Shown here one piece after another: positions 27,088 through 39,270 of a DNA stretch of 64,000 nt (its first letter is position 1; each line of letters starts with the position of its first letter). The position numbers and the translations under genes are program-made. This DNA comes from Heterodontus francisci (lineage: Eukaryota): NCBI RefSeq assembly GCF_036365525.1, contig NC_090401.1:41777674-41841673 (forward strand), written 5' to 3'. The notes below the pieces were generated by a model. The model was not told the origin of the DNA. It made no database searches and was given only the letters and a program-made list of their open reading frames with translations.

Positions 27088-27741
27088 GACGAAACTCAGG
27101 AAATCTAGCAAAAAGCAAATTTCAGTTATTGTACTGGATAATGATATTCACCTCTGGTAACATAGAAGAAGCAGGCTGTCATACTAAAGCTACTACACTA
27201 AATCAAGACTTTTTTTTTAAATAGAACATTCTCAATTTGAGCAGAACCACTTTTAGGCATCCTGTGCAAAATTAAAGCAAATTGTCACATGGTTGTTAAG
27301 AGACAAGTGAGAAAGAAATGGACAGAGTACAAATCAGTCACTACAGCAAGGCAAAAACTCAAGTGTACTGAAAACAGCAGTTCTGTAGATTAGTCCAAAT
27401 TTGAAAGTAAAAGTAGTATTTAGTTCACACTGGATTGACAACATAAATGGATGTCAGGTTGACTACAAAGAACTAGTAAATTACCTGTGGCATTGTGAAC
27501 ACTAAGTACTGGCACAGAATTTGTTGCCAAATAAGTTTAATGGCATTTGCCATTATTGTGTAATTCATCCAGCAACTTGATGGAAAAAAACTACATGAAT
27601 TACAAATCTCTACAAGTTGCTGCAAGATTTGCACTGCTATGCAGTTAACCAATGAAAACAGCAGCTCACCCTCAAACTCCATGAGTTACACAGGTTGCTG
27701 TAATTGTGTTAAGGCTGCAACTTAACAGAATAATGAAGCAG

Positions 27742-27941
27742 TTCTGCTTTACATGGTCTTTTGGAAGTACCTACTGTGCTGTTTAGATTAATTGCTGTGA
27801 GCTGCTGTGTTCTAATTGTATCAGGTCTTAGGTTTTTGAAATGAGGGAAAGTTGCCAGACTAATTCTAACAGTATGAGAGTGCACTGTAGTATTTACTCC
27901 AGGTTAGTTATTCAATTTTATTCACGGGTTATCAATTTGAC
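27742..27941. repeat. Inverted repeat, arm in ZNF706 intron 1
   Basis: Reverse complement of 26730-26930. Confidence 0.95.
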
Positions 27942-28219
27942 TTTTAATGAAGATTTATGATCCCATGATACCAATTTACTTCCAAGCCAATTTAAAGTGC
28001 ACACTGCATCACACCTACAGGTAGCAAATTATTAGAGATCTCTTAAATTTAAAGGAAATGTGGCAATGACACCACTGTAAAACATTAACAAAAGTATGAC
28101 CAATTATAAAAGGATTTAGTTTGTGGACAGAAAGCGCAAATCCTATGCAAGATTTTATAAACATGTGGAAAGCTACAAAAAGTTGGAAAGACTCAGAATA
28201 CCCAAGGAAATCAGAAAAC

Positions 28220-28830
28220 AAAAAGGGCTTGCTATAGGCACATTAGTAGAAAGAGTATAGTCAAGACAGAGTCACTAGAGATGAAGGCAAGCTCGTAATG
28301 GAGAATGTCAGAATGGCTAAAAGACTAGCTTAGATGAATATTGGCATTGTAGATGCACCAGATAAAAAAAAAATGTAGAACTTTCCAAGAGAAATGGTGC
28401 TGCAAAGATCACAAACTCAAGATTAACAAATCGCGGGATCTTCAACCATCAAATTCCCAAGAACGGGGGAATTAAAAAAAGTGGAGACAGTAATTTTCCA
28501 AAATTCTAAGTTTAAAAAAATTGTGGTTGAAGGTTGGTATATGCAACAATCTTCTTCAAAAAGATAGACATAAGCCAATTAGTCTTGTTGTTGGTAAACT
28601 ACTGGAATCTACAACACAAGATGAAATTACTCAGCACTTGGAGAAACATGAATTAATTGGGAGCAGTCAGCATGGATCTCTGGAAATAGGTAATGATTGA
28701 ACAAGAACATAAAGGAAAAGCATTGATTTATGAATTTGCAGAAAACCCATTACAAGAGACCATTTAAGAGACATAGCAAAAATGGCACATGGAGAATGCA
28801 TCAACATGGATGGAGAAATGGCAGGAGGAT
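28220..28830 (+). mobile_element. Old CR1 fragment
   Basis: Degraded ggtaaactactggaatct...gagcagtcagcatgga (the CR1 QHGF region). Confidence 0.55.
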
Positions 28831-28835
28831 AGATA

Positions 28836-29820
28836 GCAGCAGTGTGGTATTTACATAGCACCTTTAAAGTAATAAAATGTTTCACGGCAATTCACAACAG
28901 AACTGCACAGCAACCAATGGTGGAGCGATCAAAATTGAGGATTCTCAAGAGGCCAGAATTGGAGCGGCACAGATATCAGACAGTTATAGGGCTGGAGTTT
29001 ACATATAGGGCAGGGCAAGGCCATTGAGGGATTAAAAAAGGATGAGAATTTTAATTTTGGCTCCTGGTTAAGCAATGCCCATGTAGGTGAACTGGACTTG
29101 GGACAAATTAGGACACACACAGCAGAGTTTTAGATGATGTTAAGTTTAGAGGGTATAATGTGGCAAGCAGACTAGGAGTGCATTACAATAGTCAAGTCTA
29201 GAGGTAACAAAACAATAGTTGAGGGTTTCAGCAGATGAACTTAGGCAGGGTGTAGATGGGCAATGTAAGAGGTGGAAATAGGCAGTCTTAGCAACGACAC
29301 GGATATATGGTCAGAAACTCATCTCTGGGTCAAATGTGATGCCAAGGTTGCAAACAGTCTAGTTCATTTTCAGATAGTTACCAGGGAGAGGGATAAAGTC
29401 AGTGACGAGGGATCAGAGTTTGTGGCGGGCACCAAAGACAATGTCTTATATTGTCCCAATATTTAATTGGAGGAAATTTCTGCTTGCATAGTTCCACAAG
29501 TCAGACAAGCATTCTAACAATTTAGAGGTAGCGGAGGGGTCAAGGGAGTGATGGAAAGGTAGAGCTGGTAGTTGTCAGTGTACATGCAGAAACTGATACG
29601 TTTTCGGATGATGCCAAGGGGCAGCATGAAGATAGAGGGGGCCAAGGATAGATCCCTGGCTAGGTAAATAATAGAACAAGGCGAGAACAGTTCCATCCTG
29701 CCGGACGATGGTGGAAGCACACTGCGGGAGGATTGTATGATCAACCATGTCAAAGGCTACAAATAGGTCAAGAACAATGAGGAGGGATAGTTTGCCTTCA
29801 TCAGTAACATAAGATGTCAT
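28836..29820 (-). mobile_element. L2 LINE 3' portion
   Basis: LLIVLDLFVAFDMVDHTIL, QGSILGPL and YTDNYQLY fragments; L2-type tail (atttacatagcacc). Confidence 0.8.
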
Positions 29821-29984
29821 TTCAAACTCGCAGCAAATAAAAGGAAATTTCGCAAACTGGAAAGATGCGTGTTGGTGTAGCTGTTACTATATACAGAAAT
29901 ATTTAGAGTTAAACCTTGAGGGAAGAATATCAATTTGATAAACTTGGGAAGATGGTACATTGTGGTAAAGGACTGAATTATAGG

Positions 29985-30370
29985 ACAGTGGTAAAGGTTA
30001 TTGGACTAGTACTCCAGAGGCCCAGACTAATGATTCTGAGACTCGAGTTCAAATTCCACGACAGCTGGAGAAATTTGAATTCAATTAATTAATAAACCTG
30101 GAATAAAATGCTAGCCTCATTAACAATGATCACGAAACTACAGGATTGTCATAAAAACCTATCTGATTCACTATGTCCTTCAGGGAATCTGCTGTCTTTA
30201 CCTTGTTTGGTTTACATGCGACTCCAGACCCACATCAATGTGGTTGACTTTTAACGACCTTCTGAAATGGCCTAGCAAGCTGCTCAGTTTTAGGCAACTC
30301 CCCACCATCTGCTCAAGGGCAATCAAGGATGGGAAATAAATGCTGGCCTTGCCAGCAATACTCAAGAATA
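29985..30370 (+). mobile_element. tRNA-derived SINE with a tail shared with the second CR1-group LINE family
   Basis: Similar to 52412-52808. The tail aagggcaat..gggatggg..ataaatgctgg matches the LINE end at 48309-48380. Confidence 0.7.
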
Positions 30371-30384
30371 AATTAAAGTTAAAA

Positions 30385-31228
30385 AGGAACATAGAAACAG
30401 GAATAGGCCATTCAGCCCTTTGAATGTATTTCACCAATGAGATCATGGCTGATTTGTGACTGAACTCCAGACCTGCCTTTGCCCCATATCTTTCAATACC
30501 TATTAATATCCAATCAATTTCAATTTTAAAATTAACTACTGACGTAGCATTAACTGCTGCTTGTTGATATACCTGGCTCTAATATTTAGGCTATGCCCCC
30601 TAATCAGAGACTCCCCAATTAGCAGAAATAGGATAGACGGAGAGAAACAATAAGCTCCCCTTAATAGTTTAAGCTTCAATTAAGTCACCCTATAACCTTC
30701 TAAATTGCAGAAAAACACAATCCCAGTTTGCGTAATCTCATCATTTTACCTTTGGGGACCAGGTATTTTAGTAAATCTATGTTACACTCCCTCCAAAGCC
30801 AATACATCTTTCCAACGGTGTGGTATCCAGAACTGAATACAGTACTCCAAGTGCGTTCCAACCAGGGCTTTGTAAAGCTGTAGCATGATGTCAACTTCCT
30901 TGTATTCTAGTCCTCCAGTTACAGGACAGCATTCCAATTAGCCTTTTTGATTATTTTCTGTACTTGTCCATGATATTTTAATCAGCTATGTACATAGACC
31001 TCCCACCTAAGTCTCTTTGGAGCTCCAGTTTCTCACTTTTCACCATTTAGAAAGTAATCTGATATATCCTTTTTTGGTTCAAAGTGGACGACCTCATTTG
31101 TCCACACTGAAATCCATTTGACAGTTTTGCCCATTCACTAAATCTATTATTAATATATCTTTGTTACATTATACTTCCAGCTACATGGTTTAACAATTCT
31201 GCCGGTGTGTGATCGACAAACTTAGATG
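30385..31228 (-). mobile_element. CR1 LINE 3' fragment, degraded
   Basis: Reverse CR1 3' UTR and ORF2 remnants (ccagaactgaatacagtactcca). Confidence 0.75.
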
Positions 31229-31245
31229 ATGGCACAGAGAGCCAC

Positions 31246-32895
31246 TTTTTTTTTTTTAATTCATTCATGGGATGTGGGCGTTGCTGGCTCGGCCAGCATT
31301 TATTGCCCATCCCTAATTGCCCTCAAGAAGGTGGCAGTGAGCTACCTTCTTGAACCACTGCAGTCCATGTGGGGTGGGTACACCCACAGTGCTGTTAGGA
31401 AGGGAGTTCCAGAATTTCAACCCAGCAACAGTGAAGGAATGGCAATATGGTTCCAAGTCAGGATGGTGTGTGACTTGGAGGGGAACTTACAGGTGGTGGT
31501 GGTCCCCATGCATCTATTGCCCTTGTCCTTCTAGGTGGTAGCAGTCGTGGGTTTGGAACTCGCCATCTAAGGAGCCCTAGTGCGTTGCTGCAGTGCATCT
31601 TGTAGATGGTACACACTGCTGCCACTGTGCGTCGGTGGTGGGAGGAGTGAATACTTATGGATGGGGTGTTAAACCAGCGGGCTGCTTTGTCCTGGATGGT
31701 GTCGAGCTCCTTGAGTGTTGTTGGGAGGTGCACCCATCCAGGCAAGTGGAGAATTCCATCACAATCCCGACTTGTGCCTTGTAGATGGTGGACAGGCTTT
31801 AGGGAGTCACGCGGTGAGTTACTCACCACAGGATTTCTAGCCTCTGACCTGTTTTTAGCCACAGTATTTATATGGTTACTCCAGTTCAGTGTTTGGTCAA
31901 TGGTAATCCCCAGGATGTTAATAGTTGGGCAGTGATTGTAATGCCAATGAATGTCAAGGGGAGATGGTTGGTTCTCTCTTGTTGGAGACCGTCATTGCCT
32001 GGCACTTGTGGCGCAAAAGTTACTGGTCACATTTCAGCCCAAGCTTGGATATTGTCCAGGTCTTGCTGCATTCCTACACGGAATGCTTCAGTACCTGGAG
32101 TTGCAAATGGTGCTGAACACTGCAATCAGCAAATATCCACACTTCTGACCTTATGATGGAGGAAAGGTCATTGATGAAGCAGCTGAAGATGGTTCAGTGA
32201 TGTCCTGGAGCTGAGATGATTTCCTTCCAACAACCACAACCATCTTCCTTTGTGCTGGGCACGACTTCAACCAGCTGAGTTTTCCCCGATTCCCATTGAC
32301 TCCAGTTTTGCTAGGGCTCCTGGATGCCATACGGTCAAATGCTGCGTTGATGTTAAGGGCATTCACTCAGCTCATCTCGAGTTCAGCTCTTTTGTCCATG
32401 TTTGAACCAAGGCTATAATGAGGTCAGGAGCTGCGTGGCCCTGGTGGAACCCAAACTGAGCAGGTTATTGTTAAGCAAGTGCAACGTGATAGCACTTTGG
32501 GCAGTTCAGCGGTTAGCACCGCAGCCTCAGCTCCAGCAACCCGGGTTTGGTTCTGAGTACCGTGCGGAGTTTGCAAGCTCTCCCAGTGACCGCGCGGGTT
32601 TCCTCCGGGTGCTCTAGTTTCCTCCCACATGCTAAAGACTTGCAGGTTGATAAGTAAATTGACCATTGTAAATTGCCCCTAGTGTAGGTAGGTGGTATGA
32701 GAATTAAGGGAAGGTGGGGATGTGAGAGGGAAATGGGATTAATGTAGGATTAGTATAAATGGGTGGTTGATGGTCGACATGGACTTGTTGGGGCGAAGGG
32801 TCTGTTTCGGTGCTGTATCTCTCTATGACGCTATGACTGTCGACGACACCTTCCATCACTTTACTGATGATTAAGAGTAGACTGATGGGACGGTA
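31246..32895 (-). mobile_element. CR1-group LINE (second family), interrupted by a SINE
   Basis: TTLKELDTIQDKAAR..HHRRTVAAVCTIYKMHC and YRPISLLLIISKVMEGVV. Same family as 47245-48382. Confidence 0.85.
32499..32826 (+). mobile_element. HE1-like V-SINE
   Basis: gcggttagcaccgcagcctc..ctccagc..cccgggtt head, gggtttcctccgggtgctc..gtttcctcccaca V-domain core and gtgctgtatctct tail. Confidence 0.85.
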
Positions 32896-32964
32896 ACATA
32901 TCCAAGTCATTAATGCAGTGAATTGTTGAGACCCCAATAGGAAATCACTAGTCACATCCTTTCA

Positions 32965-35500
32965 GTTAGGACACCTGCCCCTTATCCCTGCGTCCAGCCA
33001 ATTTCCTATCCAGGTCAATAATTTGCCCACAATTCCATGAGCTTCAACTTCAGGTGACGATCTCTTCTGAGGGACATTATAAATACAAAGTGATTCCTGA
33101 CAATGCAGCCACCTGCAGTGCTGCACTCCTGATGAGACTTCATACATTCTCCGAGTGTCCAACATATCCACTGTGCGCTGCCATGGGTTTAAGTTGCCTT
33201 TCTGTGATTTGAGTAGCACCATCTTTAGCCCTGGAAGCTGCCTGCACGTTGCAGACTGACATTTTAGTGGAAAAGGCTGCATTTGCGCACGTGCCAGCAC
33301 AGCGCCTCCTAGTGGTTGTGCAGTCAGCAAACGCAGCTTTATAAATAACATTCATAGACACTTCCTGATCCACTATTTTAGTCACCTCTTCAAAACATTC
33401 AGATTCATCAGTCGTGGCCTACCCTTTACAAATCCATGCTGGCTCTCTCTGATCAACTGAAAGTTTTCCATGTTCAGTGATTCTATCTCTCATGCTCCGT
33501 CATTATCATTAATGATAGACTATAGCAGTTTCATAACAGATGTTCGGCTAAACAGTCTATTAATTCATTCCCTGGTTCCCTCCCACCCCCCACTTCACCT
33601 TTCATAAAGGCAGCGAGGCCTGGACAATGTATGTCAGCCAAGAGCGACGTCTCAATTCATTCCATCTTCGCTGCCTCCGGAGAATACTTGGCATCAGGTG
33701 GCAGGACTGTATCTCCAACGCAGAAGTCCTCGAGGCGGCCAACATCCCCAGCTTATACACACTACTGAGTCAGCGGCACTTGAGATGGCTTGGCCATGTG
33801 AGCCGCATGGAAGATGGCAGGATCCCCAAAGATACATTGTACACTGGTATCAGACCCACTGGCCGTCCATGTCTCCGCTTTAAAGACGTCTGCAAACGCG
33901 ATATGAAGTCCTGTGACATTGATCACAAGTCGTGGGAGTCAGCTGCCAGTGTTCGCCAGAGCTGGCGGGCAGCCATAAAGGCAGGGCTAAAGTGTGGCGA
34001 GTCGAAGAGACTTAGCAGTTGGCAGGAAAAAAGACAAAAGCGCAAGGGGAGAGCCAACTGTGTAACAGCCCCGACAAACAAATTTTTCTGCAGCACCTGT
34101 GGAAGAGCCTGTCACTCTAGAATTGGCCTTTATAGCCACTCCAGGCGCTGCTCCACACACCACTGACCACCTCCAGGCGCTGACCCATTGTCTCTCGAGA
34201 TAAGGAGGCCAAAGAAAGCAGTTTCATAACAGATGTTCGGTTAAACAGTCTATTAATTCATTCCCTGGTTTCCTCCCACCCCCCCCCCCCCTTCACCTTT
34301 CATAAATAGTGGAATGGCATACAATTTTCCAATCTTAACAGAATTGTTCCTGAATCTAAAGAACGTTGAAGGATTATAGTTCAGGCATCTGCAATGTTCT
34401 CACCAGTTCCTTGAAAACAGAAACCATCGGGTCCTGGGGATTTGTCACTTTGTGGTGTTACTAATTTCATTACTGTTAATTTGCTTACTTAATTATGATT
34501 CGTCCACATCCCCGATTCAAATTAGTTTCCTTAGTGCGGCCAGGATACTAACCTCTATCTACTGTAAATACTGATGCAAAGTAATTATTTAACATGACCA
34601 TTTCCTTTTTCATTTACAATATCACCAGTTAAAGGGCCAACATTTCTTCTGATCAAACTTTTTCCTAATAATTGTAAATGATATCTTGATAACCTTTGCA
34701 AGTTTTCCATACATCTTTTTTGTAGCTGTTTTGCCACCTTAATCTTTGCATTACTTCGATTCATCAGGATCTGTGCTTTTAGTGTAATGTTGTCCTTTAC
34801 CTCTTTAGTCATCCATGGCTGTATTCTTTTGGGAAAGTAGAGCTCTTGATCATAATGGGTATAAACTGGTACTATCACATTTGATTTGTTTTTAAACATC
34901 TCCCACTGATCTTTTTTGCCCATTAATACATACGTATGAGTTTACTGTGGACAATCTGTCATTCCACTACAGTCAGCTGTACTTAAATCTAGCATCTTAA
35001 ATCACTGTTTTAGTATTCCCCCTTTCAAACACACCAAACTTATCATTCTGGTCACCATCAGATAAGTGTTCATGCACCATTAGATTTAGTTAACAGCCTA
35101 TCTTATCCATTATTAAATCTAATATAGCCTGCCTCCTTGGTGGGTCTAAGACATGTTGCTGCAGGAAACGGTCCTGAACACACAAGAAATTTGCTACCTT
35201 TCTGACACTAACCATATCTGCTTATGCCAATCGACATGGAAGTCAACCCCACCCCCCCCAATAAAGCCACTCCACCTTTCCCACATGCTTGTCTAATCTC
35301 TGCATTTATACATTGTCACTTCACAGTGCCTACTAGGGGGCCTATACATAATTTCCACGACAGTCTTAAATCTTATTCAAAGTCTCAACTGCTTGCTTAA
35401 CTCTCATTACATCCTCTTAATGAAGTAATTTCATCCTGATCACCAAGGCTACTCTTCCACTTCTAAGTTTCCTTATCCTTCTTGTAGACCTTTTAACCTG
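32965..35500 (-). mobile_element. Old CR1 LINE remnants (host of the RTE at 33609)
   Basis: VEAHGIVGKLLTWIGNWL, QPWMTKEVKDNI and other degraded ORF2 pieces. Confidence 0.6.
33609..34216 (+). mobile_element. RTE-clade LINE, 5'-truncated
   Basis: RLNSFHLRCLRRILGIRWQD..LRWLGHVSRMEDGRIPK..CSTCGRACHSRIGLYSH*, with a short 3' UTR ending ggccaaaga. Flanked by an ~85-bp direct repeat. Confidence 0.93.
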
Positions 35501-36099
35501 AACGACTTCAGGTGGTCTTAATAGGTTGGCAGGTTGGACAGACAGGGGCAAGCAACGTGAAGCAATATACATTGGAAGAATAGGAAAGGAAGTAATCCAA
35601 ATTAGTGAAATTTTAAATAGAGTAGAGGATCAGAGTGACCTTGATGTGTAGATACACAGGTCATTTCAAAGGTGTAGTACAAGTAGATAAGGGCAAAGAA
35701 AAACAGTATCTTCAGTTTTGTGTACACACAAGAACATAATGACAAACTTACATTAAACCACAGCTGGAGTAATGCACAGAGTTTTCTGCACCTTACCTAT
35801 AATACAAAAGCAATAGAAAATGGGCAGCTAAGATGTGACCGGGGTGAGTGCTTATAGAATGAAAAGGTGCGAGAAGTTAAAATTTTCTCATGCCCAAGAA
35901 GGTTGAAGGGTAACTGATAAGCATTCAAGATTATGAATAGCAGTGATAGATTACTTTCAATGATCACTGAACAAGACGACACACTTAAAAGTAAATAAGA
36001 AAATCTGGGGCGTGGATAAGGGTACCAAGGACATTAGAAAGCAAATTTCTCCGTCACACCCTATTGTTGCAAAGTCCATGAATTTTATTGAGAATTAAG

Positions 36100-38017
36100 C
36101 TATCAACTCAAGCATACCCTCACCTCCATCTTTGAGGCCCTAAACTCCACAAAAACCATTACTCTCCCCGAGCCTGGCTGTTTCCCTGCTACCCTTAATT
36201 TCAAGGGACCCAGAGTTGAATGGATATAGCAGACAACTGGTTTGGTCATTCACTGCTAGACCTCAAAGTACTATAGGGTCCTGAAGTCATCTGTGAAAAC
36301 TGCTCACAATTCCAGGATCATCATGGAATGCAAAAACAACACGGCATCATTTCTCTACTGCAAATCATCTGGAACACCTCTCTCCTACACCCTCACCAAC
36401 AACTGTGAGGTGCTTATAGACTTCTTTTGCACTAGGTTTGAGACTATCCAATCAGGTGCCTCTGCCACTTTCCTCCCTTCCCCTAACCCACCTGGCCAAA
36501 CTTCCTCTAAAATTCCCCCTGCACAAGCCCTGAATTTACATCACTCTCTGGTTTCTCTGGCTCCCCTAATAACCTCTCCTAGTAGACGAGACTGACGACC
36601 TGCTCCCTCAACTCTTACCATTAATCTGCTAACCCTCTCCTTCAAATCTGTCATCCCAAACAAAACCTTGATCCCTCTATCCTTGCAAACTGCTGCTCCA
36701 TCTCTAACCTCCCTTTCCTCTCAGGTCCTCGAACCTGATGCAACCTCCCAAATCCATGACCACCTTGCCTGGAACTCTGTTTGAATCCCTCCAATCAGCT
36801 ATTACACCCCACGCTACAGTACCAAAACGGCTCTCGTCAAAGTCACAAATGAAATCCTACAAGACTGTGACCATGGTAAACCTCTTCATCCCTCTCAACT
36901 TGTCTGCAGCCTTTTACACAGATGATCACACCATCCTCTGCCAATACCTCTCCACCAGCATCCAGCTGGGTGGAACTACAATTGACTGGTTCCACTCTAT
37001 CCTAAGTCCTATCCTCAGTCCTAACCAGAGAATCACCTTAAATAATTTCTCTTCCCACTTCTGCATGGTTACCTCTGGTGTCCCTCGAGAATCTACTTCT
37101 TGGCCACCTCCTTTTTCTCATCTACATGCTGTCCATCACCCAAAAACTCAGTTTCCACATGTGCACTGACGACACCCAGCTCTGTCTCACCGCCGTCTCT
37201 AAACTGTCAGACTACTTGTCTGACATCCATTATAAGACGAGCAGAAATTTCCTTAAATACTGGGAAGGCTGAAGCCATGGTCTTTGGTCCCTGCCACAAA
37301 CTCCACTTGCTAGCCACAAACTCAATCCCACTTGCTGGCAACTACTTGAGTCTGAACCACACTATTCACAGCTTTGCTGTCATTTCTGACAGATGAGCTT
37401 CCGACCACATATCCGCATTATCACTAAGACCACCTATTTCCACCTTCCTAACATTTGCCCAACTCCACCCCTGCCTCAGGATATCTGCTGCTGCCTTTGT
37501 TACTTCCAGACTTCACTATTCCAATGCACTCCTGGCCTGCCTTCCATTCTACCCTCCCTACACTTGTCATCATCCCAACTTCTGCTACCCATGTCCCAAC
37601 TCGCACAAAGTCCCGTTCACCCATTCACACCTGTTCGCCCTGACCTACACTGGCCCCCTGTTAAGCAACGTCTCAATTTTAAATCCCTTCACAGCCTTGC
37701 CCCTCACTACCTCTAATCTCCTTCAGCCACACAACCATTTTAGATATTCCTGCTCTTCCAATTCTGGCCTCTTGAACACCCCAGATTTTTAATGTGTGCC
37801 TTCAGCTGCCAAAGCTCCAAGTTCTGGAATTGCCTCCCTCAACCTCTCTGGCTCTCTTACCTTCTTGAAGACGGTCCTTGAATCCTACCTCTGACGAAGC
37901 TTTTGGTCATCTGCCCTAGTATCACCTTATATGGTTTGTTAAATTTTTGTTTGATAACGTTCCTGTAAGCACTTTGGGATGTTTTACTACAGTAAAGTCG
38001 CTTATATAAGTTGTTGC
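36100..38017 (+). mobile_element. L2 LINE, degraded
   Basis: LNLSAAFYTDDHTIL, VTSGVP, CTDDTQL and LHWPPVKQRLNFK; L2 tail. Confidence 0.8.
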
Positions 38018-38424
38018 TGACTTAGATAGTTAATGGAAAAACAGGATTATTAAAGGGTCTGTGGTGTAAGCAAAAAAGTGGGGTTAGGCCACAGAAAAAC
38101 AGCAGACAAGATGTACCTGGATCTGTTTGTCATGCAACATGCTTGCATTTAACTCAACACATGTCTTAATTTGTATACCTATTCAGGTCAGAGAGACAAA
38201 ACACCACTGCTTCAAATACATGGTCAGGAAACAAAGATTTCTATTTCGTAATTACTTGCTATCTGTCATATGAGATGAGTACATCAATTCTCCCAGACTA
38301 ACACTTTTCCTTCATCTTACCACTCACTAAAAAGATAAAGCAACCTTGCTCCCTACAAAAATAGGAAAGATAAATGTAAAGGAACAAAAACCACAACATT
38401 TATTGGCAGGGAAGCTTTACACAT

Positions 38425-38805
38425 ACAAGGTGGTCATACTCTCATCTCCAAGTCAGAGGACTCAAGTCTCACTCGAGAGAGGAGTACATAATCTAAACAA
38501 AATTTCAGTTCAGTACTGAAGGAGAACTGTCCAGCTGAGTTTCAAATGACACTTCAGGTGGGTATAAAAGATCCTACAGCAAAATATGAAGAGCAGGGGA
38601 GTTCTGCCAACATCACAGCCAACATTTATCCCTCAGTCAACACCTAAACAGGTGACCTAATCAATCATTCACTTCATTGCTGCTTGTGGAAGCTTGCTGT
38701 TTGCAATATTCCTTGTAATTACAACAGTAATTACAAATCAGAAGTACTTCATTGGTTCTAAAGCACTTTGGGACATCCTGAGGTCATGAAATGCAAGTCC
38801 CATCC
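38425..38805 (+). mobile_element. DeuSINE (SacSINE1-like)
   Basis: Similar to 4240-4682. Confidence 0.65.
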
Positions 38806-39270
38806 TTTCTTTTACTTTAGCTGTATTTTTCTCTTGTTCTTAGAAGACTGACAACAATACACATTTCTGAAGACCTGATGATTTTATTTAAATTTGTACC
38901 TTGGATGTTGAATGCAACACCAAATCAGTCACTGTCACATCGAGATTCTCCAGCACTTTGAATTCATCTAACTTGAAACTGGAATAGTTTGAGCAATAGT
39001 TATGTTCCAGCTTTAGTTAGACCTCATCTGGAGTACCGCATTTAGTTCTAAGCACTGTACCTCAAAGAATACATTGCCCTCAAAAGGGGTGCAGTGCAGA
39101 TTCACCAGATTTATACCAGGGCTCAAAGGGGTTAGATTATGAGGAGCAGAGGATATATGTGCACAAATCATTGAAGACCATAGGGCAGGATGAGAAAGCA
39201 ATTAATAAAGGATATGGGATGCTGGGCTTTTTAAATAAGGCATATAGTACAAAAACAAGGAAGTTACGAT

